This document shows, in pieces, positions 13,120 through 23,856 of a DNA stretch of 64,000 nucleotides (position 1 is the stretch's first letter; every line of letters starts with the position of its first letter). This DNA comes from Mobula hypostoma (Eukaryota). The translations under genes and the position numbers were made by a program. The notes under the pieces are model-generated. The model saw only the letters and a program-made list of their open reading frames with translations, did no database searches and was not told the DNA's origin. The stretch spans positions 202,680,001-202,744,000 of the forward strand of contig NC_086100.1 in NCBI RefSeq assembly GCF_963921235.1, in the 5' to 3' direction.

Positions 13120-14018
13120 CCTATGCAAGTGCTGTACCCCCATGTATCTATGGAAACCCTGTACCGCTGAACCCCTATGGAAACCCTGTACCCATACCTC
13201 TGTGGCGGTCCTGTACCCTGCACCTCTGCGGAAGTCCTATACCTTTGTACCACTGTGCAAGTGCTGTACCCGTGTACCCCTATAGACATCCTGTACCTCA
13301 GTACGCCCGTGTAAGTGCTGTACCCCCGAACCCCTGTGAGGTTCAGTACCCTTCTGAACCCCTATGGAAGTCCTGTACCCCACATGCCTGCAGAAGTCTG
13401 TACCCTTAAACACCTGTGCAAGTGTTGTACTCCATAACACCGTGGTCCAGTACCCCTGTACCTCTGTGAAAGTCCTGTACTCCTGTGGAAGTGCTGTACC
13501 CCAACCCTTGTGAAGTCCAGTACCCCCTATACCCCGATGGGAGTGCTGTACTCAGGTACTCTGCAGAAATCCAGTACCCCCATACCCCTGTGACTGTACC
13601 CCATACCCCTGTGGAAGTCCCATACCCCCATACCCCTGTGACTGTACCCCATATCCCTGTGGAAGTCCCATACCCCCCTACCCCTGTGACTGTACCCCCA
13701 TACCCCTGTGAATGTACCCCATACCTCCATACCCGTGACTGTTCCCCATACCCCTGTGGAAGTCCCATACCCCCATACCCCTGTGACTGTACCCCATATC
13801 CCTGTGGAAGTCCCATACCCCTATACCCCTGTGAGTGTACCCCATACCCCTGTGACTGTACCCCCATACCCCTGTGAATGTACCCCATACCTCCATACCC
13901 GTGACTGTTCCGAATACCCCTGTGGAAGTCCCATACCCCCATACCCCTGTGACTGTACCCCATACCCCTGTGGAAGTCCCATACCCCCATACCCGTGTGT
14001 AGGTCCTGTACCCCCATA
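13120..14018. repeat. C-rich minisatellite with 23-27-bp units, degenerate at its start
   Basis: Units ccccatacccctgtggaagtcccata and ccccatacccctgtgactgta. Confidence 0.9.
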
Positions 14019-15330
14019 CATAGAACATACAATAGTACAGCACAGTACAGGCCCTTCGGCCTACAATGTTGTGCCGACCCTCAAACCCTGCCTCCCATAT
14101 AACCCCCCAACTTAAATTCCTCCATATACCTGTCTAGTAGTCTCTTAGACTTCACTAGTGCATCTGCCTCCACCACTGACTCAGGCAGTGCATTCCACGC
14201 ACCAACCACTCTCTGAGTAAAAAACCTTCTTCTAATATCCCCCTTGAACTTCCCACCCCTTACCTTAAAGCCATGTCCTCTTGTATTGAGCAGTGGTGCC
14301 CTGGGGAAGAGGCGCTGGCTGTCCACTCTATCTGTTCCTCTTATTATCTTGTACACCTCTATCATGTCTCCTCTCATCCTCCTTCTCTCCAAAGAGTAAA
14401 GCCCTAGCTCCCTTAATCTCTGATCATAATGCATACTCTCTAAACCAGGCAGCATCCTGGTAAATCTCCTCTGTACCCTTTCCAATGCTTCCACATCCTT
14501 CCTATAGTGAGGCGACCAGAACTGGACACAGTACTCCAAGTGTGGCCTAACCAGAGTTTTATAGAGCTGCATCATTACATCGCGATTCTTAAACTCTATC
14601 CCTCGACTTATGAAAGCTAACACCCCATAAGCTTTCTTAACTACCCTATCCACCTGTGAAGCAACTTTCAGGGATCTGTGGATATGTACCCCCAGATCCC
14701 TCTGCTCCTCCACACTATCAAGTATCCTGCCATTTACTTTGTACTCTGCCTTGGAGTTTGTCCTTCCAAAGTGTACCACCTCACACTTCTCCGGGTTGAA
14801 CTCCACCTGCCACTTCTCAGCCCACTTCTGCATCCTATCAATGTCTCTCTGCAATCTTCGACAATCCTCTACACTATCTACAACAACACCAACCTGTGTC
14901 TCGTCTGCAAACTTGCCAACCCACCCTTCTACCCCCACATCCAGGTCGTTAATAAAAATCACGAAAAGTAGAAGTCCCAGAACAGATCCTTGTGGGACAC
15001 CACTCGTCACAATCCTCCAATCTGAATGTACTCCCTCCACCAGCACCCTCTGCCTTCTGCAGGCAAGCCAATTCTGAATCCACCTGGCCAAACTTCCCTG
15101 GATCCTATGCCTTCTAACTTTCTGAATAAGCCTACCGTGTGGAACCTTGTCAAATGCCTTACTAAAATCCATATAGATCACATCCACTGTACTACCCTCA
15201 TCTATATGCCTGGTCACCTCCTCAACGAACTCAATCAGGCTTGTTAGACACAATCTGCCCTTCACAAAGCCATGCTGACTGTCCCTGATCAGACCATGAT
15301 TCTCTAAATGCCCACAGATCCTATCTCTAA
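14019..15330 (-). mobile_element. Young 5'-truncated CR1 with an uninterrupted RT-to-C-terminus frame, inserted in a minisatellite
   Basis: ORF 14081-15406: the CR1 part runs from LRDRI to the stop without a break. catagaacat tail at 14019. Confidence 0.95.
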
Positions 15331-16500
15331 GTGGAAGTTCCATACCCCCATACCCCTCTGTAGGTCCTGTACCCCCATACCCTTGTGGAAGTCTGTACCC
15401 CCACACTCCTGTGGAAGTGCTGTAGCCCTGGACTTCTGTGGAAGTTCATTACCCTCATAACCCTGTGCAAGTGTTGTACTCCCATACCCCTATGAAGTCC
15501 TGTGCCCCCCATACCCCTGTGGAAGTCCTGTGCCCCCCATACCCCTGTGGAAGTCCTGTGCCTCCATACCCCTATGAAGTCCTGTGACCCCATACCCCTG
15601 TGGAAGTCCTGTGCCCCCATACCCCAGTGGATGTCCTGTGCCTCCATACCCCTATGAAGCCCTGTGCCCCCCATACCCCTGTGGAAGTCCTGTGCCCCCC
15701 ATACCCCTATGAAGTCCTGTGCCCCCTATACCCCCGTGGATGTCCTGTGCCCCCATACCCCTATGAAGTCCTGTGCCCCCCATACCCCTGTGGAAGTCTT
15801 TTGCCCCCATACCCCTATGAAGTCCTGCGCCCCCATGCCCCTGTGGAAATCCTGTGCCCCCATACCCCTATGAAGTCCTGTGCCCCCCATACCCCTGTGG
15901 AAGTCCTGTGCCCCCATACCCCTATGAAGTCCTGTGCCCCCATACCCCTGTGGAAGTCCTTCACCCCCATGCCCCTATGAAGTCCTGTGCTCCCCATACC
16001 CCTGTGGAAGTCCTGTGCCCCCATACCCCTATGAAGTCCTGTGCCCCCATACCCCCGTGGATGTCCTGTGCCCCCATACCCCTATGAAGTCCTGTGCCCC
16101 CCATACCCCTATGAAGTCCTGTGCCCCCCATACCCCTGTGGAAGTCTTTTGCCCCCATACCCCTATGAAGTCCTGTGCCCCCATGCCCCTGTGGAAATCC
16201 TGTGCCCCCATACCCCTATGAAGTCCTGTGCCCCCCATACCCCTGTGGAAGTCCTGTGCCCCCATACCCCTATGAAGTCCTGTGCCCCCATATCCCTGTG
16301 GAAGTCCTTCACCCCCATGCCCCTATGAAGTCCTGTGCCCCCATATCCCTGTGGAAGTCCTTCACCCCCATACCCCTATGAAGTCCTGTGCTCCCCATAC
16401 CCCTGTGTACTCCTGTACCCTCTGGAAGTCTTGTTTCCCTGTGCAAGTGCTGTACCCTTGTACGCCTGTTGAGTACCCTCATGCCCTTGTGGAAGTGCTA
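15331..16500. repeat. 26-28-bp minisatellite with a roughly 53-54-bp dimer pattern
   Basis: Alternating ccccatacccctatgaagtcctgtgc and ccccatacccctgtggaagtcctgtgc. Confidence 0.95.
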
Positions 16501-16579
16501 TAGAAAGGATATGGGGGTACACAACTTCTACAGGGGTACTGGAATCCCACATCCGGTGAAGCAGCCTCAGTGGGGGTTG

Positions 16580-17010
16580 AAACTGAGGAGTGTTTGCAGT
16601 CTCTGGGCTGTACTTGCTGGAGTTTAGGAAAATGAGGGGAAACCTCATTGAAACCTACTGAATATTGAAACGCTGAGACAGAGTGGATTTGGAGAGGAGT
16701 TTCCAATAGTGGGGGAGCCTAGGACCACAGGGCACAGCCTCAGAATAGAGTGATGTCCATTTAGAACAGAGATGAGGATATGCTACTGGGTGCAGAATCT
16801 GTGGAATTCATTGTCACAGACATCTGTGGAGGCCAAGTCATGGGTATATTTAAAACAGAGGTTGATAGTTTCTTGATTAGTCAGGGTGTGAAAAGCTGCA
16901 GGGAAAAGGCAAGAAACAGGGTGGAGGGACAATCAATCAGCCATGATGGACTGGCAGAGTAGACTCGATGGGACGAATGGCCTTATTCTGCTCCTGCATA
17001 TTATGGTCCA
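16580..17010 (+). mobile_element. Decayed CR1 3' end
   Basis: agggggaaacctcattgaaacc, aatctgtggaattc and a ttctgctcct..ttatgg tail. Confidence 0.8.
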
Positions 17011-17241
17011 ATTTCATGTCGATAAATAACCTCTTATCAGAACTATAAATATTGACAATAATTCATTCTGGGCAGACAGATTGAAATCTATATTCAATGC
17101 GGGAGACAAGAGAGAACTGGAGCTGGGGCAGGAATGAATCGTTTGAGTATCATGACGTTCTTTGGTTACGGCGTTTTGCCAGTCTGTCGCCAGCTGTGCG
17201 GTGTGTACATTACACAGTCCATGTGCCTGTATTAACATCAC

Positions 17242-17335
17242 CTGTTAGTGTAATACGAGAGGAGAGCCTGTATCTCAGCGGACACGCTGTTCTCCTGCAG
17301 GAGGAGACCCTCATACGAAGAAGCAGAAGGGGTTG
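17242..17335 (-). CDS. RTKN: Probable alternative RTKN exon giving a short C-terminus (94 nt; ends at a donor, or reads through to TGA at 17238-17240)
   Basis: Long polypyrimidine tract (about 17341-17390), then gagcag|CA ACC. In phase 1 with the 22930 exon it reads (A)TPSASSYEGLLLQENSVSAEIQALLSYYTN-AG|gtgatg. It is an island of unique sequence among repeats and resembles my recollection of short fish rhotekin C-termini. Confidence 0.75.
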
Positions 17336-17464
17336 CTGCTCAGAGGTCGAGAACAGAAAAGAGACATGAGAGACAAAAAGAGAGAGATCATTGAAGCAGA
17401 AACACAGCTGAGACGCTGCAGGTTCATGACATGCTCTCCGAACGAAATTCCGGTCCTCAGTAAC

Positions 17465-18381
17465 TGTACAACCCCAGCACATCATCCCGGTGTGAAACCC
17501 ATCACCAACCCCACAACATGAGCACATCGTCCCAGTGTTAAACTCATCACTGACCCCATAACCCCAGCACATCGTCCCAGTGTTAACCCATCACTGACCC
17601 AACAACCCCAGCACATCGTCCCAGTGTTAAACTCATCACAGACTTCATAACCCCAGCACATCGTCCCAGTGTTAAACTCATCACTGACCCCACAACACGA
17701 GCACATTGTCCCGGTGTTAAACTCATCACTGACCACATAACCCCAGCACATCGTCCCAGTGTTAAACTCATCACTGACCCCATAACCCCAGCACATCGTC
17801 CCAGTCTGAAACCCGTCACTGACCCCACAACCCCAGCACATCATCCCAGTGTTAAACTCATCACTGACCCCATAACCCCAGCACATCATCCCAGTCTGAA
17901 ACCAGTCACTGACCCCACAACCCCAGCACACATCCCAGTGTTAAACGCATCACTGACCCCATAACCCCAGCACATCATCCCGGTGTGAAACCCATTACCA
18001 ACCCCACAATATGAGCACATCGTCCCGGTGTTAAACTCATTACTGACCGCACAACCCCAGCACATCATCCCAGTGTTAAACTCATCACTGACCCCATAAC
18101 CCCAGCACATCGTCACAGTGTTAAACCCATCACTGACCCCACAACCCCAGCACATCGTCCCAGTGTTAAACTCATCACTGACCCCACAACCCCAGCACAT
18201 CGTCCCAGTGTTAAACTCATCACTGACCACATAACCCCAGTACATCGTCCTGGTGTTAAACCCATCAGTGACCACATAACCCCAGCACATCGTTCCGGTG
18301 TTAAACTCATCACTGACCACATAACCCCAGCACATTCTCCTGCTATTACCCATGTACTGACCCATTCCACAATCCCAGCAC
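17465..18381. repeat. 45-bp minisatellite, about 20 copies
   Basis: Unit accccagcacatcgtcccagtgttaaactcatcactgaccccata. It gives the 15-aa periodic ORFs. Confidence 0.96.
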
Positions 18382-20070
18382 ATGAGGGGTGATGAGTTTC
18401 ATTCTGACCGGTGAGGGGCGATGAGATTCATTGTGACCGGTGAGGGGTGATGGGGTTTCATTCTGACCGGTGAGGGGTGACGGGGTTTCATTCTGACCGG
18501 TGAGGGGCGATGGGGTTTCATTCTGACCGGTGAGGGGCGATGCGGTTTCATTCTGACCGGTGAGGGGTGACGGGGTTTCATTCTGACCGGTGGGGGGTGA
18601 TGGGGTTTCATTCTGACCGGTGAGGGGTGATGGGGTTTCATTGTGACCGTTGAGGGGTGATGGGGTTTCATTCTGACTGGTGAGGGGTGATGGGGTTTCA
18701 TTCTGACCGGTGGGGGGTGACGGGGTTTCATTGTGACCGGTGAGGGGTGACGGGGTGACGGGGTTTCATTCTGACTGGTGAGGGGTGATGGGGTTTCACT
18801 GTGACCGGTGAGGGGTGACGGGGTTTCATTCTGACCGGTGAGGGGAGATGGAGTTTCATTGTGACCGGTGAGGGGCGATGCGGTTTCATTGTGACCAGTG
18901 AGGGGCGATGGGGTTTCATTCTGACCGGTGAGGGGTGACGGGGTTTCATTGTGACCGGTGAGGGGCGATGGGGTTTCATTCTGACCGGTGAGGGGTGACG
19001 GGGTTTCATTCTGACCGGTGAGGGGAGATGGAGTTTCATTCTGACCGGTGAGGGGTGACGGGGTTTCATTCTGACCGGTGAGGGGAGATGGAGTTTCATT
19101 CTGACCGGTGAGGGGAGATGGAGTTTCATTCTGACCGGTGAGGGGTGATGAGATTCATTGTGACCGGTGAGGGGCGATGGGGTTTCATTGTGACCGGTGA
19201 GGGGTGACGGGGTTTCATTGTGACCGGTGAGGGGTGATGAGATTCATTCTGACCGGTGAGGGGTGACGGGGTTTCATTGTGACCGGTGAGGGGTGATGGG
19301 GTTTCATTCTGACTGGTGAGGGGTGACGGGGTTTCATTCTGACCGGTGAGGGGTGATGGGGTTTCATTCTGACCAGTGAGGGGTGACGGGGTTTCATTGT
19401 GACCGGTGAGGGGTGACGGGGTTTCATTGTGACCGGTGAGGGGTGATGGGGTTTCATTCTGACTGGTGAGGGGCGACGGGGTTTCATTCTGACCGGTGAG
19501 GGGTGACGGGGTTTCATTGTGACCGGTGAGGGGTGATGGGGTTTCATTCTGACGGGTGAGGGGTGACGGGGTTTCATTCTGACCGGTGAGGGGTGACGGG
19601 GTTTCATTGTGACCGGTGAGGGGTGACGGGGTTTCATTGTGACCGGTGAGGGGTGATGGGGTTTCATTCTGACTGGTGAGGGGCGACGGGGTTTCATTCT
19701 GACTGGTGAGGGGTGATGGGGTTTCATTGTGACCGGTGAGGGGTGACGGGGTTTCATTCTGACTGGTGAGGGGTGACGGGGTTTCATTCTGACCGGTGAG
19801 GGGTGATGGGGTTTCATTCTGACTGGTGAGGGGTGACGGGGTTTCATTCTGACCGGTGAGGGGTGATGGGGTTTCATTCTGACCGGTGAGGGGTGACGGG
19901 GTTTCATTGTGACCGGTGAGGGGTGACGGGGTTTCATTGTGACCGGTGAGGGGTGATGGGGTTTCATTCTGACTGGTGAGGGGTGACGGGGTTTCATTGT
20001 GACCGGTGAGGGGTGACGGGGTTTCATTCTGACCGGTGAGGGGTGATGGGGTTTCATTCTGACCGGTGAG
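18382..20070. repeat. 30-bp G-rich minisatellite, about 56 copies
   Basis: Unit gtttcattctgaccggtgaggggtgacggg. It gives the MKPRHPSPVR periodic ORFs. Confidence 0.97.
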
Positions 20071-20174
20071 AGGGGAAGATGAGGGGAAACTTCTTTACTT
20101 ACAGGGTCATGAGAGTGTGGAATGAGCTGCCATGACATGTGTGCATGCGAGCTTGATTTCAAAGTTTAAGAGAG

Positions 20175-21130
20175 TTTGGAAGTTTGAGAAATCGATGTTC
20201 ATGCCATCAGGTCAGAGGCTAACAAAATGGATGTAAGGTGTTGTTCCTCTGACCTCAGTGTGGCCTTAACCCGACAGTGAAGGAGGCCATGAATGGACAT
20301 ATCGGAATGGGAATGGGAAGTGGAATTAAAATGGGCGGCGATGTATCGGAATGCGAATGGGAAGTGGAATTAAAATGGGCGGCGATGTATCGGAATGCGA
20401 ATGGGAAGTGGAATTAAAATGGGTGGCGATGTATCGGAATGCGAATGGGAAGTGGAATTAAAATGGGTGGTGACATATCAGAATGGGAATGGGAAGTGGA
20501 ATTAAAATGGGTGGTGACGTATCGGAATGGGAAGTGGAATTAAAATGGGTGGTGACGTATCGGAATGGGAATGGGAAGTGGAATTAAAATGGGTGGTGAC
20601 GTATCGGAATGGGAATGGGAAGTGGAATTAAAATGGGTGGCCACTGGAAGATGACACAAGTCGGAGGAGCAACACCATGTATTCCATTTGGGGAGCCTCC
20701 AACCTGATGGCATGAACGTTGATTTCTCAAACTTCTAGTAATGTCTCCACCACCCCCCCTTCACCATTTCCCATCCCCTTGTCCCTCTCTCATGTTATCT
20801 CCTCGCCCACCCTTCACCTTCTTCTGGTGGTCCTCCTCCCTCCCTTTCTTCTTTCTTCCATGGCCTTCTGTCTCTTTTACCAATCAACTTCCTTGAGCTC
20901 GTTGCTTCATTCCTCCCCTCCAAATTTCACCTATCACCTGGCGTTTCTCTGTCCCCTCCCCCCATCTTTCAAATCTACTCCTCAGCATTTTTTCTCCAGT
21001 CCTGTTGAAGAGTTTCTGCCCAAAACGTTGACAGTACTTTCTTCCATTCATGCTGCCTGGCCTGCTGAGTTCCTCCAACATTTTGAGTGTGTTGCTCAGA
21101 CTTCCAGCATCTGCAGATTTTCCCTTCTTT
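20175..21130. mobile_element. Penelope-like 3' fragments in inverted arrangement (minus 20175-20650, plus 20655-21130), with an internal 44-bp tandem array and a decayed hammerhead at ~20998-21034
   Basis: Homologous to 11930-12490 (ggaggagcaacacc..cctccaacctgatggcatgaac; atgctgcctggcctgctgagttc). Confidence 0.85.
20300..20641. repeat. 44-bp tandem repeat, about 8 copies, derived from Penelope coding sequence
   Basis: Unit tatcggaatgggaatgggaagtggaattaaaatgggtggcgatg is the reverse complement of about 11933-11976. Confidence 0.92.
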
Positions 21131-21134
21131 CTGA

Positions 21135-22060
21135 GAAGATTTTTGCGCACATAGGTCATCACAACTTCGAGGGAACATTAATCCTATCTGTCTGTGATGC
21201 CACTTTCAATAGGTTATGGATGTGTATTCTCAGATCCCTCTGTTCTAACACATTCCTTATGAGAATAGGTTGAGTGAACTTGTTCTTTTCTCCTTGGAGC
21301 GATGGAAGATGAGAGGTGACCTGATAGAGGTGTATAAGATGATGAGAGGCATTGATTGTGTGGCTAGCTACAGGCTTTTCCCAGGGCTGAAATGGTAGCT
21401 TTAAGGTGCTTGGAAGTAGGTACAAGGGGGATGTCAGGGGTAAGCTTTTCACACACAGAGTGGTGGGTGCGTGGAATGCACTGCCAGTGTAGGTGATAAG
21501 AGGAGGATACAATAGGTCTTTTAAGAGGCTCTTAGATAAATACATGGAGCTTAGAAAAATAGAGGGTTATGCAGTAGGGTAATTCTGGACAGTTTCTAGA
21601 GTAGGTTAGATGGTCGGCACAACATTGTGGGTAGAAGGGCCTGTACTGTGCTGTAGATTTTCTACGTTTCTGTTTCTACTCCTCAGTGTCCTATCTTTCA
21701 CTGTGCAAGACCTATTCTTGTTGGTCCTACCAAAATGCAACACTTCACACTTGTCTGCATTAAATTCCATCTGCCATTTTTCCAGCCAGTCCAGATCCAC
21801 TGAAAGCGTTGATAGTTTTTCTCACTGTCCACTACACCCCCAATCTTGGAGTCATTCACAAATTTGCTTATCCAGATTACCACATATTCACCCAGATCAT
21901 TGATATAGATGACAAACAACAACAGACCCATCACCGATCCCGGGCACTTCACTAGTAACAGGCCTCTAGTCGGAAAGGCAACCATCTACTACCTCTCACT
22001 AGCTTCTCCCACAAAGCCAATGCTTAATCCAATTTACTACCTCATCTTTAATGCCAAAAG
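21135..22060. mobile_element. Decayed minus-strand CR1 with an inserted plus-strand CR1 3' end (21255-21675)
   Basis: WQMEFNADKCEV on the minus strand; RGDLIEVYK..FTHRVVGAWN on the plus strand. Confidence 0.8.
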
Positions 22061-22214
22061 ACTCAGTCTTACAATGAGTCATACAGGATTTCCCCACCCA
22101 GTCAAATCCCTGTTGATAATGCCTGATCAATCCCTGCCTTTCTACCTGCCCAATAATTCCAATCACAGAATGATTTCCAAAAATATTGGAAATATTGGTT
22201 TGGTTAGTGTTAGA

Positions 22215-22415
22215 CGATTACTCAGGTCCAATTCCACCACTCTCTGTAAGGAGTTTGTACGTTTTCTGTGACCGCACGCGAAATGTCTGATGGTCTGGTT
22301 TCCTCCTACGTACAGGTTAGTAGTTTCGTTAGTCACATGGATGTAAGTGATTGGCTTGGGCTTGCTGGGCCGGAAAGCCCCATCATCATGCTGTATCTCT
22401 AAATAAGATAAACAA
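22215..22415 (+). mobile_element. Decayed SINE (HE1/V-SINE-like)
   Basis: B-box-like ggtccaattcc, core tctgtaaggagtttgtacgtt..ggtttcctc, 3' end gggccggaa..tgctgtatctctaaataa. Confidence 0.55.
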
Positions 22416-22929
22416 AATGTAAAAAAACTCCCCTTCCGCCAACGTTCGACTGATGGGCTCATGAAACCGGGCTTCACTTGGCTAACATTCTCCACTGAAG
22501 GTACAATGTTTGCCCGCTAGTCATTTTGGCTCCTCAGACTCGGCCAGAGATCTTGGCTTCACGGGCAATACTTGCCAATTTCCTTACGTAGTCCATCTTC
22601 TTACATCAACCTCTGCTCAGTTCACACTGTGGGCTCAGTGCCCGTCTTGGCAACATTATCAGCCTTTTCCTGACCTAAACACTCTGCTTCACACTTCCAG
22701 TTATCTGTGAAGCATCATTGGGTTTCAGGGCAAGAGAAGGTGCCGAGAACAAACTGGGCAGGTCTGTTCTGACCAAAAATCTTCACTTGTGTCCTCGATG
22801 ACATCAATGCCATGAGCATGGCTAATGTCTCTTAGTCAAACTGTCTAGTTAATCGATCTGTAAAACGTTTCACTTATTAAATGCTGTGTCACACAAAGCA
22901 ACAAATCTAATCTCTCTGAGTATTCCTAC

Positions 22930-23037
22930 CGGTCTCGTGATACAGGGACGCTCCCTTCTTGGAAATTGTTACGGGCAGTTTCCGGGGAGACGCAGTTTCG
23001 ACTCTCATCAGTTCATCACAGCACTGTCTCCACGCAC
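22930..23037 (-). CDS. RTKN: Rhotekin coding exon after the PH domain, 108 nt, phase 1 to phase 1
   Basis: tttctcgttcag|GT GCG TGG...GAG ACC G|gtagga. Encodes (S)AWRQCCDELMRVETASPRKLPVTISKKGASLYHET, matching rhotekin SQWKQCCDEIMKIE..PRK..GSLYHE. Confidence 0.93.
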
Positions 23038-23401
23038 CTGAACGAGAAACGGCAGGTAAACAGGCAAGGTGGTGCGCAAACCAGCAAGGCACGGTGGACA
23101 AGTGGGCAAGGCGCAGCATGTAAGCAAGCAACACAGCATGCAAACAGGCAAGGTGTGGTGAGTAATCGGCGGCAGCAGAAGGCAGGTGAAGCACCGGTAA
23201 ACGCGGGGAGTTCTTTCTCCAGGCACGATGGTTTGTTTTCCTTATTTTTTAAACCATAAAGGAGAGATAGGGTCGAGCAGAGCAGCCAACATCGGACTGG
23301 GGGCTACAGTCAGAGTGGGAACAGAGGCTTCGATGAGAAGAGGCTGAGGGCAAAGAAACAGGCAAGAAGGGTAAGGCACTCAAAATGCTGTAGGAACTCC
23401 A

Positions 23402-23842
23402 GTGACAGGTGCTGTGCCTCAGAGATCTGTTCTGGGACCTCTCCTCTTCGTCATTTTTATAAATGACCTGGATGAGGAAGTGGAGGGAAGGGTTAGTAAA
23501 TTTGCTGATGACACAAAGGTTGGAGGTGTTGTGGATAGTGTGCAGGGCTGTCAGAGGTCACAGCGGGACATTGATAGGATGCAAAACTGGGCTGAGAAGT
23601 GGCAGATGGAGTTCAACCCAGGTAAGTGTGAAGTGGTTCATTTTGGTAGGTCAAATACAATGGCAGAATATAGCATTAATGGTAAGACTCTTGGCAGTGT
23701 GGAGGATCAGAGGGATCTTGGGATCCGAGACCATAGGACACACAAAGCTGCTGTGCAGGTTGACTCTGTGGTTAAGAAGGCATACGGTTCATTGGTCTTC
23801 ATCATCCGTGGGATTGAGTTTAGGAACCGGGAGGTAATGTTG
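23402..23842 (+). mobile_element. CR1 RT fragment
   Basis: [26 protein letters not shown]. Confidence 0.9.
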
Positions 23843-23856
23843 TTTCTACAGATAGC

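Noticed and set aside
1..17000. Canonical long last exon of RTKN
   Set aside because: No matching sequence found. The region is all repeats, so this exon probably lies beyond the window start.
17301..17421. Plus-strand exon-like segment (ctcctgcag|GAGGAG..)
   Set aside because: It is the antisense of the RTKN alternative exon and its pyrimidine tract, and has no recognisable product.
17482..20162. Cys/Gly-rich and MKPRHPSPVR-repeat ORFs
   Set aside because: Artefacts of the 45-bp and 30-bp arrays.
4407..20641. Regular repeats as a CRISPR array
   Set aside because: Units are head-to-tail with no unique spacers, there are no cas genes, and the context is a vertebrate intron.
20998..21034. 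Hammerhead copies at ~20998 and ~41634 as functional ribozymes
   Set aside because: Core boxes are mutated (CTGTTGA/AAAAC and CTCGATGA/GAAATG), so they are counted only as fossils.
22832..22857. Possible RTKN terminal mini-exon (tttacag|AT CGA.. giving DRLTRQFD*) 72 nt after the 22930 donor
   Set aside because: Very short intron, weak pyrimidine tract and no resemblance to rhotekin. The 17335 exon is much better supported, though RNA data are needed to exclude this one.
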